64,000 nt of DNA from Takakia lepidozioides (Eukaryota > Plantae > Bryophyta), in NCBI GenBank assembly GCA_030704615.1, contig CM060731.1:61070001-61134000 (forward strand), written 5' to 3'. The translations under genes and the position numbers were made by a program. Below the pieces are notes generated by a model. The model was not told the DNA's origin. It was given only the letters and a program-made list of their open reading frames with translations, and did no database searches. Of this stretch, positions 34,252 to 46,982 are shown in pieces. Numbering within the stretch: position 1 is the stretch's first letter; each line of letters opens with the position of its first letter.

Positions 34252-37200
34252 CTACAATAAGACATTGTCAATAGAGCAAGGGCCACCCCTGTTGAAGGTC
34301 AAAACACTTTGCTCCACTCGCTCAGTCTGAAAACCCCGAATTCTAGTCTCTTCAGGCAAAGATGTGTCCTTGTATTCAACGGGTACAAACCTCCCGCCCT
34401 TGTTTTGCACACGCAAATTAGTTATCTTTGCCTGCAGCCACAATACATATGTTTTAGAGAACCGAGTAGAATGTCCTCAAAAGCCTTCCAAAGATAAAAC
34501 GCTGTCAAGAAATGTGCTCATAAGAGAAATGATTTTACCATCGAGCAGCTGCGATAACCTCTCAGCAATTGGCACTAACTGATAAGTAGTCAAAACCATG
34601 GGTGACAATCTTACACCAACGCAAAAAATCGTCACCCACTTTTCATAGCTACATGAACAGCAAATCCATAAATCCAGGAGTCATGGAAGGCATTACTCTC
34701 TAAGAGCCAATGGCATCAAATGTGTGGGATTGAACTTTCCCTTCCCTGGGGTGGTCTCAACCAACCAACCAGACTTATCCGGCTGGTAAATCAGGATAAA
34801 AGTAAATGATTTAGCTGAATGTACCATATTCATTTACCCTTCCTCTCACCATGTATATGAGTAAATATTTTGATTCATCCTTATCCGTAAGAAAGGTAAA
34901 TCATTTGTTTAACCTGCAGGTCAATACATATTAATAGAGGATAAATAAAAGAGGGTATATGTGGAGTTCTCTTCTTCTGCAGCTAGACCTATATACCTCC
35001 TATAATCAGCCCTACTATTGCACCCAAAATGATTACCTTACACAAAAAACATTGAGCATAACAAACATAAAAACCTATTTATCCTTCAATATATCCTTTG
35101 ATTTGTCCTTTGATATATAGAGGATAAATAAACTATTTACTTATCTATTTGTTTCAAGAAAGGGGATGGAGGCTTCTTACTAAGTTATAGTGAGAGGAGA
35201 AAAAGAACTACCTTTGTCTTTTCTTCACCCTTACGATTATATTGGTCTATACCCTTTATCAAGATGATAAATATATATATATATATGATAAATAAATCAT
35301 CAAATTTTAATTTACCCTTACCCTTAGGATAAATAAGTGGACCTATAAAAACATTACCCTTATCAGGAGGATAAATAATCTTCTAATTTTGCACTTACCC
35401 AGAGGAGAAGCAAAACCTACTTACCCGCACACTACTGGTCTCCACCCAAATGTGGAAGTGAGTGGCTGACAGTAGTTAAAAAATGTCAGAGGTTCCAAAC
35501 CAAAACTTCAGCTGATGTACTTGATAAGTTCCTTCCTAACAATCACGGAGACATCTACCTTGTACAGGTCTGGTGTAGTGAGAGCAAGCATGCGAGAGCT
35601 ATCTCTCACTGCTTGCCATGAAGAAGTGATCATCTATAGACTACTGTAAATAGAGTAATCTACCCTTAATAAGCCAAAAAGAAAAACTACTGGCATGGTC
35701 CTTGGGTATTGTAGTCTCGCCTGGCAAACCTCTAGATGTGATAATTTGTGCAGTATTGAAGGTAACTTGTTATTCAAGTGTAGAATCTGGAGCAACTTGA
35801 GTGAGTAGTGGAGATGGAAGATGAAACACTGTAACCCCAGATGATTATCACCAAGTTAATCATGGTTGAGCTCAGCCAAATGCAATTACTAGGCTTCAAA
35901 TGCACCCCATCTGCTGCAATGCACATGTCCGCTTGGCATCACTCTGATATTTCTGAAGTACTGTCCAATTGGTCAGAATGAAAGAGTGGCCTCTGGTTTG
36001 ACCAGCTCACCTGGGCATCAGGTACGGAGCGAAGGATAAGTGTGCCATCCAATTCAAGGTTGTCGATAGTGATATGGTTACCATCAAGCACAAGAGCTGA
36101 GCGCTGAGAGATGTGGACGAGCCCAGTCAGCTTCATCCGTACATCAGCAAAGGTGACAGCCCAGCGTGGACTCCACACAATGCGCGGCCACACCTCCATT
36201 GTCTGGCCATTGTACACCTCCTGTATTGGCCCTTCAATCTCTGCACCCACCTGCTCTTCCTTCATTAACAACAAGGACACACAAAAAAGGAAAGAGCAAT
36301 AATGTACCTTAGACTGTGCTTGCCGCTGAGCGATAGATGCAGCACCCTCACCAATGTAGGCCTTGTATCCAGAGACAGTATCAATAAGGTTCAATTCAGT
36401 TATCTACCTCCCCTACCTGGCAGGAATGAAAGTACAAAAGTACCCAACCAATATCCATAACAAGCGGGTCTTGAAGAAGATATTACCTGCTCAATTTCCC
36501 TGAACCTGCGGGTAGACTTTCAATACCCGCTTGAGCTGTCTATTTGGAGAAAATTTTGAAGATCTCTTAAAATAACTTAACATGTCTTCTGATTTTTTGA
36601 ACGTTTTTAGTCAACTGTCACTAAAACACATCCCTGATACATATCCAAAATTGATGGGAGGAACCCTCCCCTCCCTCAACCTCAGATGCTGGAGGATGAC
36701 TTAAATTGGCGGTCTGGATGTTATCTTCCATTTTGTCCCATAAGCTCTATGAGCTTTCCGCGGACCTTATAAAGTACCATTTCATTTCATTTCTCCCTCT
36801 CACTGCATGAGGCATTCCACCTTCCTGCCACCCTTGAGTGGTTGTTCAGTACTCCGCTGGCCCATTGGACCACGCATGCAGGCACTCTGTCTCTCTTCTT
36901 CTGTGCAACACCTCAGCACAACTAAGAAGCAAGACTTTTGAACTTCCTTTCCGGATCCACGCCTCTGGAATACAACCCTTTGAGATTTTGTGCAGGGTTC
37001 CAGCCCACCAGTCTCTCTATGGAGGAGGTGCCCTCTTTATATGTATATAATAGCTAAAGACTGTCACTGCACCTGGTTTTTCCTCAGTTTGGGGAGTGCA
37101 AGACTATTTCATCTTGTACCTCTCCGCTTCCCTTCTTTAATGCCATGTAGGCTGTCAAAATCAGTGTCGGGTGGGTCTTAATCTTTGTAAATACTTTCCG

Positions 37201-40200
37201 GTTTCAGGTATATTTTTATTCTGAAAGTCTAATGCCAGGCGGTTCTGGGTAATTTTGTGTTTGGGTTCTTTGATACCCGCCTGTCTGGATATGGGTAGGT
37301 AATTACAGGGTTATTTTTCTGGAAAAACTTATAGGGCTGAGGAGCTCGAGTGATTGTCTAAGGGTGAAGGCCTCGTGCAGGTAAGCTGCCAAGCAGAGAG
37401 AGAAAGAAATAGAGATGCAGTAGTTATTGCAAAAAGAAAGAGAGAGACCTGCAGTGAATTACCTGTTTGAGAATAAGACAGTGGGCCTTGTAGATGGCCA
37501 TTTCACCGGAAGTTGGACTGTGCTTGGGGTTCCCTTCTGGTATCTGCACCCAACCCTCGCTCTGTCAAGCAATTTCCAAAACCTATGAGGATCTCTTTTT
37601 TCTGAGAGTAGAGGTACAAGAACTAAACTAGTCCAGACACTTTTCAAACAGACATTGTTGCTGCTGCTCTTTCTTAAGAAACTAATAACACATAACTATG
37701 TATTTGTCCCTTCTCTTTGATTGTATTTTTCCTGAATTTTTGTCCACTTGCGTATCCCCGTCTTCCAGCATATCAAGAACCACAATCTTTCTAGAAGCAT
37801 CAACACCCAGTGCCAATATACTTCTTCCAGCAAAAAGTTCCAGACCACAAATTCTTCAAATCCTTTGAAAACTTTGAAGGGAGCCTTGCAGCCTCAGGCA
37901 TCATGAGATCTGGAAGAAATGGGTAACCAGAGTGACTAGACCTTATCTACGGTGAGCTTAAGGCATACATTTGGGCATGCCGATTAACTTCACTGTGGTC
38001 AGAGAATGACCCAGAAAAGTATCCCCATTCCGGTAACCCTTGTCCCTTGTTATGATCTTTCAAACTAGCAAAGGTGGAAACAAAATGCCCAAAAATGTGG
38101 ATGGTGAACTTGCCTTCGCAGCGTCCTCAGGATTGTTTTTTACTGGGGCATAAGCGAGCCAAGTGTCCAGCACCTGCAGATCAAAGCACTGGTCACTCTC
38201 TGAACTTCATTATATCTAGCTTCACTCAATGGTAATACCACGCTGTCCAATGCACCCAGGAAAGGCCAAAGGAAACAAAAATGATTTCGTTTCAGCTGTG
38301 GGGCTCTGCCAGAGCAGGTTGTTATTACAAGAGCAGGTTGTTATTACAAGAGCAGATGCCGTTCCATTTATCAATTCAATGACTGTTCCCGGTGCCCTAG
38401 TGCAATGACCCACTAATCATGCGACGTGAATTCCTAGCTAGATCTCCCAAGATCATACTGTACTGTACTTTCATGTACAGAGATTAAGACTGCAAGCAAA
38501 TGTCCACAGATGTTTCACTGGCCATACCAAGAATGCAAAAGTTTGACAAGAGAAATTGGAAGGCCACCGGCAGTCTGGGAGATGAGATTCTTAATGTGCC
38601 TGGAAATTTAAAAAATGCAAGTATTGGTAGACATGGACATCATCAACGCTGATACAACAAAATATAATGTTTAGCTTTGACTGTTAAGAGATGAGAAATG
38701 CCAAGTTAGTCCTATTCTTTGAGCACACTTGTCCTGCTCAGTAAAATATTCTGCACACATGGTCAAGACTTTAAACGAATTCACTGCAAGCAGCTAAGTC
38801 AGTTCCACAAAGTATGAGCTTAAAACACTTACTGTGAACCCCACTTTGGCTGAAGGAGGAAGAGTCCTTGGGAAATCTTGCATCATGCATTCAAGCCTTG
38901 TAGGTGACTTGAACTCAGTCTTGCTTGAATCTTTATACCTGTCAGGTTTTTCCGTTAGAAGCCCCCAGATGTGCCCCATGCCGTAATAACCTCCCCCTTA
39001 TACAGCCCTTCATCTTCCAGAGTCAATCCTTCCTTATCCCTGAAGACATGGACCACTCCCTGAAGGTGCGGCAATGAAGGTGGATGCAGGAACAAGGAGT
39101 CTTCATAATGCCAGGAATAGACTTACTTTGGATTCACAAACTCAGCTATAGCTCCTTTAGTTCTTGAAAGCTCGTCCAGATAAGGGCCCAGCTTCAGCAC
39201 CAGCTGCATGAGCACTTCCCACAGCCATTATTGTCAGATGGCTGAGAAATATCCCGATTTGATGTGAGAAGAGTGCACTTTGACTGTTTCCTGTGCACAT
39301 CGACCACACTGTACCCTTCAAGGAATAAACCATACTAGCCCTCCCCTAAATGGACATGGGTTTCTCCTACAAGCATGCAAAGCCATCACGATTGGCATCA
39401 TACTACAATTGAAAGTACCCAAATGCGGTTTTCTCCTTCAAAACGATATAAAGCTCACCCCAAATTCGCCCTTGCGATCGTGCAAACCCAACTGGAACTA
39501 GCATCATATTACAAAAGAAGAATATCCGGAATGACTCGAGAATGTAGGCCTCTAAAACATCTATAAGATGCGGCTGTGGTTGCACATTGACATGTGCTTG
39601 GAAAGAGAGGAAAGCCAGGCTGTCAGACACTGACATGACAAGGTACTCATAAGACTTCGTTTGCTGTAAGAGACGAGAGAGAGAGTTCTTAAGTTGTGTA
39701 AGACTAGTTACGTCCTAGATAATTTAGATCTAGTGAAAATTTACACATCATACTTCTGAACCATGTTCAGCTATTTCAACATGGATCTTTATATGTCATT
39801 CCCTAAATAGCAGGACATGAAAACCAGATTTTGAAGCATTACTTAGTCCAAGATCAAGTCACATCATACGATGGCATTCAGGTTTAAGAATGTACAAACC
39901 CTCCGGCAAACCCTTTGAATGCCCATAACTGTTGACCTCTTTTTGCTGCCTTTGTGACTTTTCTCTTTTCCCTCGGATCTTATAAATTTTGATATGGGTC
40001 CCCACCATTTTTTTCTTTTAGAAAAAAAAAAGAAACAAGACAATAGAACGAAGAAGGAGAGCCATGCGACCTGATTAATATTGCCAGGGAATGGGGAGTA
40101 CCCCGTCTCATCATTCACATCTCCATCAGCATGGCCAGTCGCACGCAGGAGCGGGTCGAGCTGATTGTACTCGACATTTATCACCATCTGTGACCCTGGC

Positions 40201-43200
40201 CCACCATTGCCTCTTACAATGAAGCACTATCATACAGATCAAATAAGAGAAACAGTCCAATGAGTCATGTCTACCCCAACTGAATTACTCGAACCTATAC
40301 CATACAAGATCAATTCCTAATCGTTACTGTGTGCCAAGTAGGTAGGGCACTTCCTGGGTTCAAATACGCATAGGCCTATGTTGGAGGCCACCATATGTAG
40401 TCACTGGCACCTACTAAATAGGCCTGCATATGCTCAGCCCTCCATCATGAGAAGACTGCACAAAGACCATGCGCTGGTAGTTGGCATCTGGGAATCAGGA
40501 GTACTCAGCAAAGATCTAACAACGTGAAGGTGCCTTAAGTCCCCAAATGGATGTGTACTCGCAATGTGGGGTAAGGGTTCCCAAATCAGACATTGGGTAC
40601 CAGCCGAACTCCTCATATCTCATACCAACAGCAATCCAGTTACAGGGTTGATTTTGAGAGCTTGAACTACTACAGTGCAATAAAGTTCATCATATTTAAC
40701 CGTCTACATTATAGAGGAACTGACCATTTTCATGAGAGAGGCGTGCAATTCCTCCAATGGCCTCCTTCGCCTTCCGGGGAACAGCAAGTGAATTGACATC
40801 CAAATTTCGTAGTACACTCACGCCCAATGCTGACGGTATTGCCTGCCCTCAGGAAACAGCCATTTCAACTGGACAGCCACATATTGTAAACACAATATTC
40901 ACGTCCAAGGGACTTCTCTGGAAATTCCTCACAATTGATATTTTTGCGATACAAAATGTGCACATAAAGGGAAAGAAGAGGGAGCTCTGCAGACCTTAAA
41001 AAGCAAGCCATTTGTGTCTTGAAAGAAAAGCACCCATTTCCGACCTTCCTTCTGCCTGCGTAGAACAACTGCTCCACATCAGCATCTTTCCCCCTCCCTC
41101 TCTCCCTCCCAATTGGTAAGTCCCTTGAATATGACTCACTCCACTCCTGGATTACTTAATCATGTCATGGTGTTTGAAAATTGCTTTTTGAGTTGCTCGT
41201 ACATTTCTATTGGTAAGGCAAGGGGTCAATGGCCACAAGGCTACACCAAACAACATGTTTGAGTACATTCTATTGGTAAGGCAATGAGAATGGCATGTCT
41301 ATGGAAGTTCCTTGCAAATGAAAATGACAATTGATGGGGAACTAATCCCTGATACTTTGTGCTAGGCCCTGTAGCAGCACATGTGTACACCTTCCACATG
41401 ATCCGGTCAATGTACATTGCTCTCTTGGCTGTATCAGAATTAGGAAACCTGAAAATGAGAGGCTTGAGAATTCTCTCTCTCTCTTGCTTTTGTCTTGATG
41501 GTGGCTAAAGTTTTTGGTAACACCATCCAAGAATTGCCTAATCCCATCATTCTGATAGGAAATTTTTTGGCTAGGGCAGAACGGGATGATGGGAAATGGA
41601 TTAGGGTTTCCCCAAGGTCCTAACCTAAAGCAGCCGGCCTACAGGGTAAGAAAAGAGCCTGCCCTATAAAGGATAGAAGCTCTGGTTGCTCCTCTTATTT
41701 GGAAGAGCGGGCAGGAGCTGAAGGAGCAGTCATCTCAGAGCTGAAGTACCATGGCATCAACTAAGGTACTCACTTAGGCTCTTCACTTTGAATTCTTGCT
41801 CAGTGTGGCAACACAGGGCTGTGCGCTGCAGTAACAGCATAAGCAATGCTTTGCTTTGCTGAGGTACTGTTCCAAAGCCATGAAGTTGGAAGCCATGTCT
41901 GCTCTTCTCATTGGAGGAGCAAGTAGCAGCTGAAGGAGCAGTCGCCTCAGTGCTGAACTTGGGCTTCAAGCTAGTTACTTACTTAGGATCTCTACTTTGA
42001 AGTACTGCTCAGTATGGCAACACAGGGCTGAATGATGCTGTAACAGCATAAGCAATGCTTTGCTTTGCTGATATACTGTTGTAAGAGTAACTACCACCCT
42101 CCCACCCACTAGTATGCTGTCTTCTCTGTCTATCTTGCAATCCATGAATGTCTCCTAGCTAAAGTGGACATCGCTCTCTCTACATCTAGGATATTCTCAC
42201 CCGAGAATGCCCCTCTTCAGGACCATCAAGGACATTGTCCCTGCACCTTTGTTCACCGACTTTCAAAATCTTGGCTGAGCCTAAAGCCCTGGCCCTGTTG
42301 GGGTCTATTTGCTGAGCAGTTCACACACAGCAAGTTGATGCTGGTAGTATCTGTTCTCTTCTGTTCCGCCGTCTGGGCAGCTCACACAGCAGATTGATGC
42401 TTGTTTGCAGGGCATTCTAAAAAGCATCTGGAAAGCCCCAACTAATTGTGTATACCAAGGTAAGTCCCACCACCAGTGAGCCCCTCACAAAGGTAGTGTC
42501 TGTTACCTTTTGTTCTGCCCAAAACTTGGCAGGGCCTATGCCCACAAGGCTACGGCAAACAATGTATCTGAGTACATTCTCTCTCTGTTTCTTATAAGTT
42601 TATACTCACCACTGTAGTAAGACCCTCACAAAGGTCCCTCTTGTTCTGCACCCAACCTGAGCAGGGGATCTATGGCCACAAGGCTCCGGCAAACAATTCT
42701 CATGAGTACATTCTCGTCTTGTGTTATGAGTGCTTTCTCTTCTTTCTTCTTCTGTCTCTTCTCTTCTCTGCTTTTCTTGTTGTTCTACTGTGTCCAGAGG
42801 TCCATTTGGCCTCCCATGGATGTAATAGATTTCCTTATTTGAATTCTATCGCCCCTCTTTGGAGTCTTTGTGGTTTCTCTTGTTCATCTGCCCCGTTCCA
42901 AGCCCCCATGGACGTTATGAAATTCTCTTCTATCTTCTTTCCTCTCCTTACACCAAATCCATAGTGCCTTATCACCTGGCTATGTGATAGAAAGCTGATC
43001 AGACATAAAAATAGTGTTGGGCTAGATCGTCACACTAGCGCCCCATCCGCCAAACCATTCAGCACCTACTTGAGATTCTATGCTTCAGGAGTGGGCGAGA
43101 GTGTTACCACTGTGAGAGGAGTCCACTGGAATAGAGCAGAGCATGCACATCCCCATGGCCATGTGGCTTTGTCTGTAAAGAAAGGGAGATATTAGCTGCT

Positions 43201-46200
43201 TTCTGACTCATCAAATTTGGGAAGCTTTTCCGATTGACTCCATGCCATTGGTCAACATTTAAGTATACAGCCCTGATCTGTCTCTCTTCCCCTCGTGTGG
43301 AACTTTCTCTAGTCCCACCGATCCTTTCGGCTTCCAGTGCAAGGGGGAAGTTTTCTTTCTTCCTTCGATTTTCTCATTTCTCTCTCCCCCCTGTCCCAGA
43401 AAAGGTCTCTACTGAGGCTTCAATGCAAAGTCCAGTGTTTTGAGATACACAAGAAACATTTTTCCCTGTTTTCTATCTGGTTATCAACAACAGGACATTT
43501 TAAAGACACCTATTACTCCTGCCATGAAAACCTCATGTGCACTAGCTCACCTTGTTTCTTGAACCCTACTAGCTCCATTACCTGAATAACAAACGGGTTA
43601 GAAGGATCAAGGGCAATTCTCGCGTTGTTATCTGCCAAGCACGCCACCTTCTCCTGCCAAATACCATGAAAAAACTGTTTTATAATACTGTGGTACTTTT
43701 GAAGAATATGAAACCACAACAGAACACTAGTTTACGCAGATGTGTTTATATGAGAAAGAAAAACTGATGCCTGCAGTCACAACGGATGTCATTGCCTTGC
43801 CAGCACATACCCCACACGACATACACCGTCCCCATTCAGCAACATAATAATCCTGCTACAAGCACAAGAGTGAGAAAGAGCTAGAGAGACCTGCTTCAAG
43901 AGGTGAATCTGGTCTCGGTGCATGCCAAAGAATTTGTTGGCTTGCAGTAGCTCTTCTGTTTTCTGTTGTGTGTCGTCAGAGGTCATAATGACAAAAGGGA
44001 TAAAATCACCGGAGGAGCCCCCTGAGACACTGTGAATTTCATTAAGCTGATTCACCTGGAGTATTTCATCAGGGTCCAATGAGCCTGCGGCTTAGCCAGT
44101 TTAGCTTCCAAACAGGTGTTCAAGAGCTTCTGAAGTACATAAATGACGAGTAAGACACTGTATGCCTCAAACTTAAGATAAAAAGACAAAGAGAAAGTTA
44201 CCGCTGCTTGCTTCTTGGAGGGCCAAGATGCTCTGAATGTATAACTCCAAGAAACAAATCCCAGTTGTTGTTTGGGAGGGCAGCGCAACCTGAGGACATT
44301 AACATATCACTCAGTTTGGTCATATGCACTGGGCCAAACCATATATGAGCATGTGAAGACATCCATGATATGAGGCCCCATGATTGGAAATTCCAACTCA
44401 TTTCTGTTGTCCTATCGATCCAGCAATTCGATGTCATTCCTTCAAACCACCAGATTCAGAGAGAAATCCAAGACCCCATCCTCACTCCATCATGTTCAGA
44501 AGGACCAACTAAGGAGTGGTTGAACTGTACTTTGATGCCACCATAGCCAAGGCGCTCTCCAAGGCCACCTGCCACCAACACAAATGCAGCATGGCGAGCT
44601 TGCTTCAAGCCTGCCTCTTCAAACTCTACAAACTGTTCATCTCCAAAGGTCAACCGCTCACCTTTTGGAACCTGCAAACCATGAGGCAACAGTCTCAAGA
44701 CTTCTACGTCTTCATACGTTGGGTGTGAGTATACTATGACTGTTTGAGCACTTGGTAATGAGTTAAAGTGTTTTATACATATCCAACATTTGCTTAATAT
44801 ATGTGCATGCACTTAAGACACAGAAGGATTCTCTCATTTCTTCCTATCCTCTCACCTGTAGAAATTTATAAAGATCTTCCCTGTGTCATGCACCTCCTCT
44901 TCGATCTCCACTTCAACATTCTCAGCATTGTCACTCTTTACAACCCTAATCTCCACAAGAAATTAGAGTATATTTAATATGAGGATCTGTACCAGACATA
45001 CCAAAAAGGGTAACATGCAAGCTTACGCTAGGGTTCTGAGTGTTTGATTTGAGAACCGCTATAAGTATTTCATATAACTTTGGTTGCAAGGCACCCCACA
45101 AGCTGCCACTTACAGAGACTGTAACAATGATTACAACGGCATCCTCTATGGAAGCATGGAACCTGAAGGGCTTCCGAAAAAAGAGCCCCCCCCAACCAGT
45201 TGATGCACTATCTTGAGTTGTAGAAGGATTGAGGCACGTTTTTGCAAGCTGTGATAGTTTTGCTATTCAAGCACTGAATGGAACGATTCAATTCAAAAGA
45301 TGTAGAACCACCTTCTACAGTTATGAGTAACATGTTTGTGTCTAAGTCTGGTAAAACTATATGCCACTCCTTAACAGCTACAGCAGTTCGGTTTGACAGT
45401 GCTTCCAAAATGTCCTAAAGGCAACTTTCAAGGTAGAGAGGAGAACAAAGTATGTAGTCCCCAAGAGACTACCGACTTACCGAGGGTGTATAACCATCAA
45501 AAGGGTTTTTCCCTGTTTTTGAATCCGCCAGCAATTTCCCTGCATTTTGAATGTAGGTCACCAAGCCACCAGGATAGTTCTCATCCAACCTTTTCACCTG
45601 CTCATGCAGACAGAGCCAGCTGGTTTGGATAAAACTTAGTACAGCTTGCAGGAAAGATATGAAGAACTCAACCCCCTCTTGTCCTCTCTCCCTGCCAAAA
45701 GCTCCTCTTCATTTGATTTTCAAAGTTAAGCCTTTCTTGATATTTGTCAAAGCCCCTCCTTTCCTAAAAACACCAAAAGACAAGCTGTGTACATACGAAG
45801 ACAGGATAGGACATGACAAAGACTCCACAGCCTCTCCTGCGCCCTGAGCCCAGGCACTGAGAGCAAAATCAAACTTCATGTAATGATTTAAAAAGCCCCA
45901 AAAACTATGTAGACAAACCCCCTCTGGCACAATTTCTGTAGGAAAAACCTGGTCCAGGAGTTGAAGCTTTTCGTCGTCCTTTTCACCAGGTTGGGGCCAT
46001 GCATCAAACAGGTGCTGCTGCCCTTCCTGCAGAAGCATTTGTGCCAACTTTCGCTGGCACCCAACCATCCTAGGTTAGTGGTCCCCTTATGAGATTACTT
46101 CCTTAAGCATGTACTAGCTCTCACAGGGTAGATGAACAGTTCGTAGGGCCTATATTGAGCTGGAATGCTGCTCTAACTCTATCTATCTCCACACCTCCCC

Positions 46201-46799
46201 CCGCCGGAATGGGTGGGCGTCAGCAATCCCGAGCCAATAAAAAGGCCGATTCTCGACCACTGCCTGCCTCTTGCTGGAACCAAATATGTTGCTTCTTGCT
46301 GTGTTGTCAAGGGTGGTTCAGGAGTCAGTCGATTCAGCCGACAGGATGTCAGCCAGAAACGCCCAGAGCGATTCAATTGCACATAGGCAACGATAATGCA
46401 ATTTTAGAGTCATAGAGCTTTGCAATGCTCTCGTGGAGGATGAGGAAGGGGAAAAAACTCATGCAGAACAACCTCTACGTCATCGAATTCAATGAGGGCC
46501 ACGGTGACACAGAATCCTGAAGGCATTTCTCAAGCTAGATTTTCTCTGAAGCCATGCATTACTATCGTCCAAGAGGTCAAGGCACACTTGTGTTGATTAT
46601 GCCACGAGCTCCTCCCCTCGATCAAGCTGCCCAAGCATCCATTGGCCAAAAATGCATCCATTCCCTTAAATTCTCTTTATTCCTGAACGCAAGATAGTAC
46701 CTGACTAGCAGAAAGGAGAGGCAGATTGGGGCCCAAGACAGGTCCCGCCCACTCATCTTCAACCACGGCTTTTCTCCGTTCAACTGCTGCCGCAACCAT
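34252..46799 (-). CDS. USP: UDP-sugar pyrophosphorylase, 17 exons, 621 aa
   Basis: Exons 46799-46701, 46053-45949, 45597-45481, 44671-44531, 44289-44202, 44021-43891, 43653-43582, 43172-43108, 41055-40995, 40842-40725, 40195-40071, 39203-39127, 38938-38833, 38173-38114 (GC donor), 37543-37463, 36250-36011, 34431-34252; total 1866 nt in frame. Motifs [68 protein letters not shown]. Confidence 0.95.
36400..37330. mobile_element. Degenerate TIR element in USP intron 15
   Basis: 36440-36525 (acccaaccaatatcca..caagcgggt...gaacc...agactttca) is an imperfect inverted copy of 37222-37300. Confidence 0.5.
41222..41268 (+). mobile_element. Extremely 5'-truncated (~47 bp) copy of the RTEX/L2-like LINE 3' end
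   Basis: ggggtcaatggccacaaggctacaccaaacaacatgtttgagtacat, flanked by the direct repeat ttctattggtaaggcaa. Confidence 0.8.
41473..42205. repeat. Copy of the (CT)n-anchored dispersed repeat, with an internal ~210-bp duplication
   Basis: Similar to 4361-4850. The block gctcagt.tggcaacacagggctg...taacagcataagcaatgctttgctttgctga is duplicated at ~41800 and ~42010. Confidence 0.75.
42210..42715 (+). mobile_element. Two further 3' fragments of the RTEX/L2-like LINE (42210-42580 and ~42615-42715)
   Basis: They match 16780-17085, and both end cacaaggct.cggcaaacaat...gagtacattct. Confidence 0.8.
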
Positions 46800-46887
46800 G
46801 ATGAGCTGCGAGGTGGGATCCTTTCCTTCTCCTTCACAACCTGCCGAGAGAGACGATGAAAGCTGCACACCCAACTCACCTGCGCTG

Positions 46888-46893
46888 TATATA
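46888..46893 (-). promoter_or_regulatory. Candidate TATA box of USP
   Basis: cctatatacag on the minus strand, about 90 nt upstream of the ATG at 46799. Confidence 0.45.
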
Positions 46894-46982
46894 GGCCCCA
46901 ACACCACAAGTTGCCTAAAAACAATATGTAATGTATTTATATCTGTTTATATGTATTTATACTCCGTTTACTACCCTGTTTT

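Noticed and set aside
34790-35440. AT-rich block with many aggataaataa/ttaccct motifs in USP intron 16
   Set aside because: Probably a decayed DNA-transposon derivative, but no matching TIR pair or TSD could be defined.
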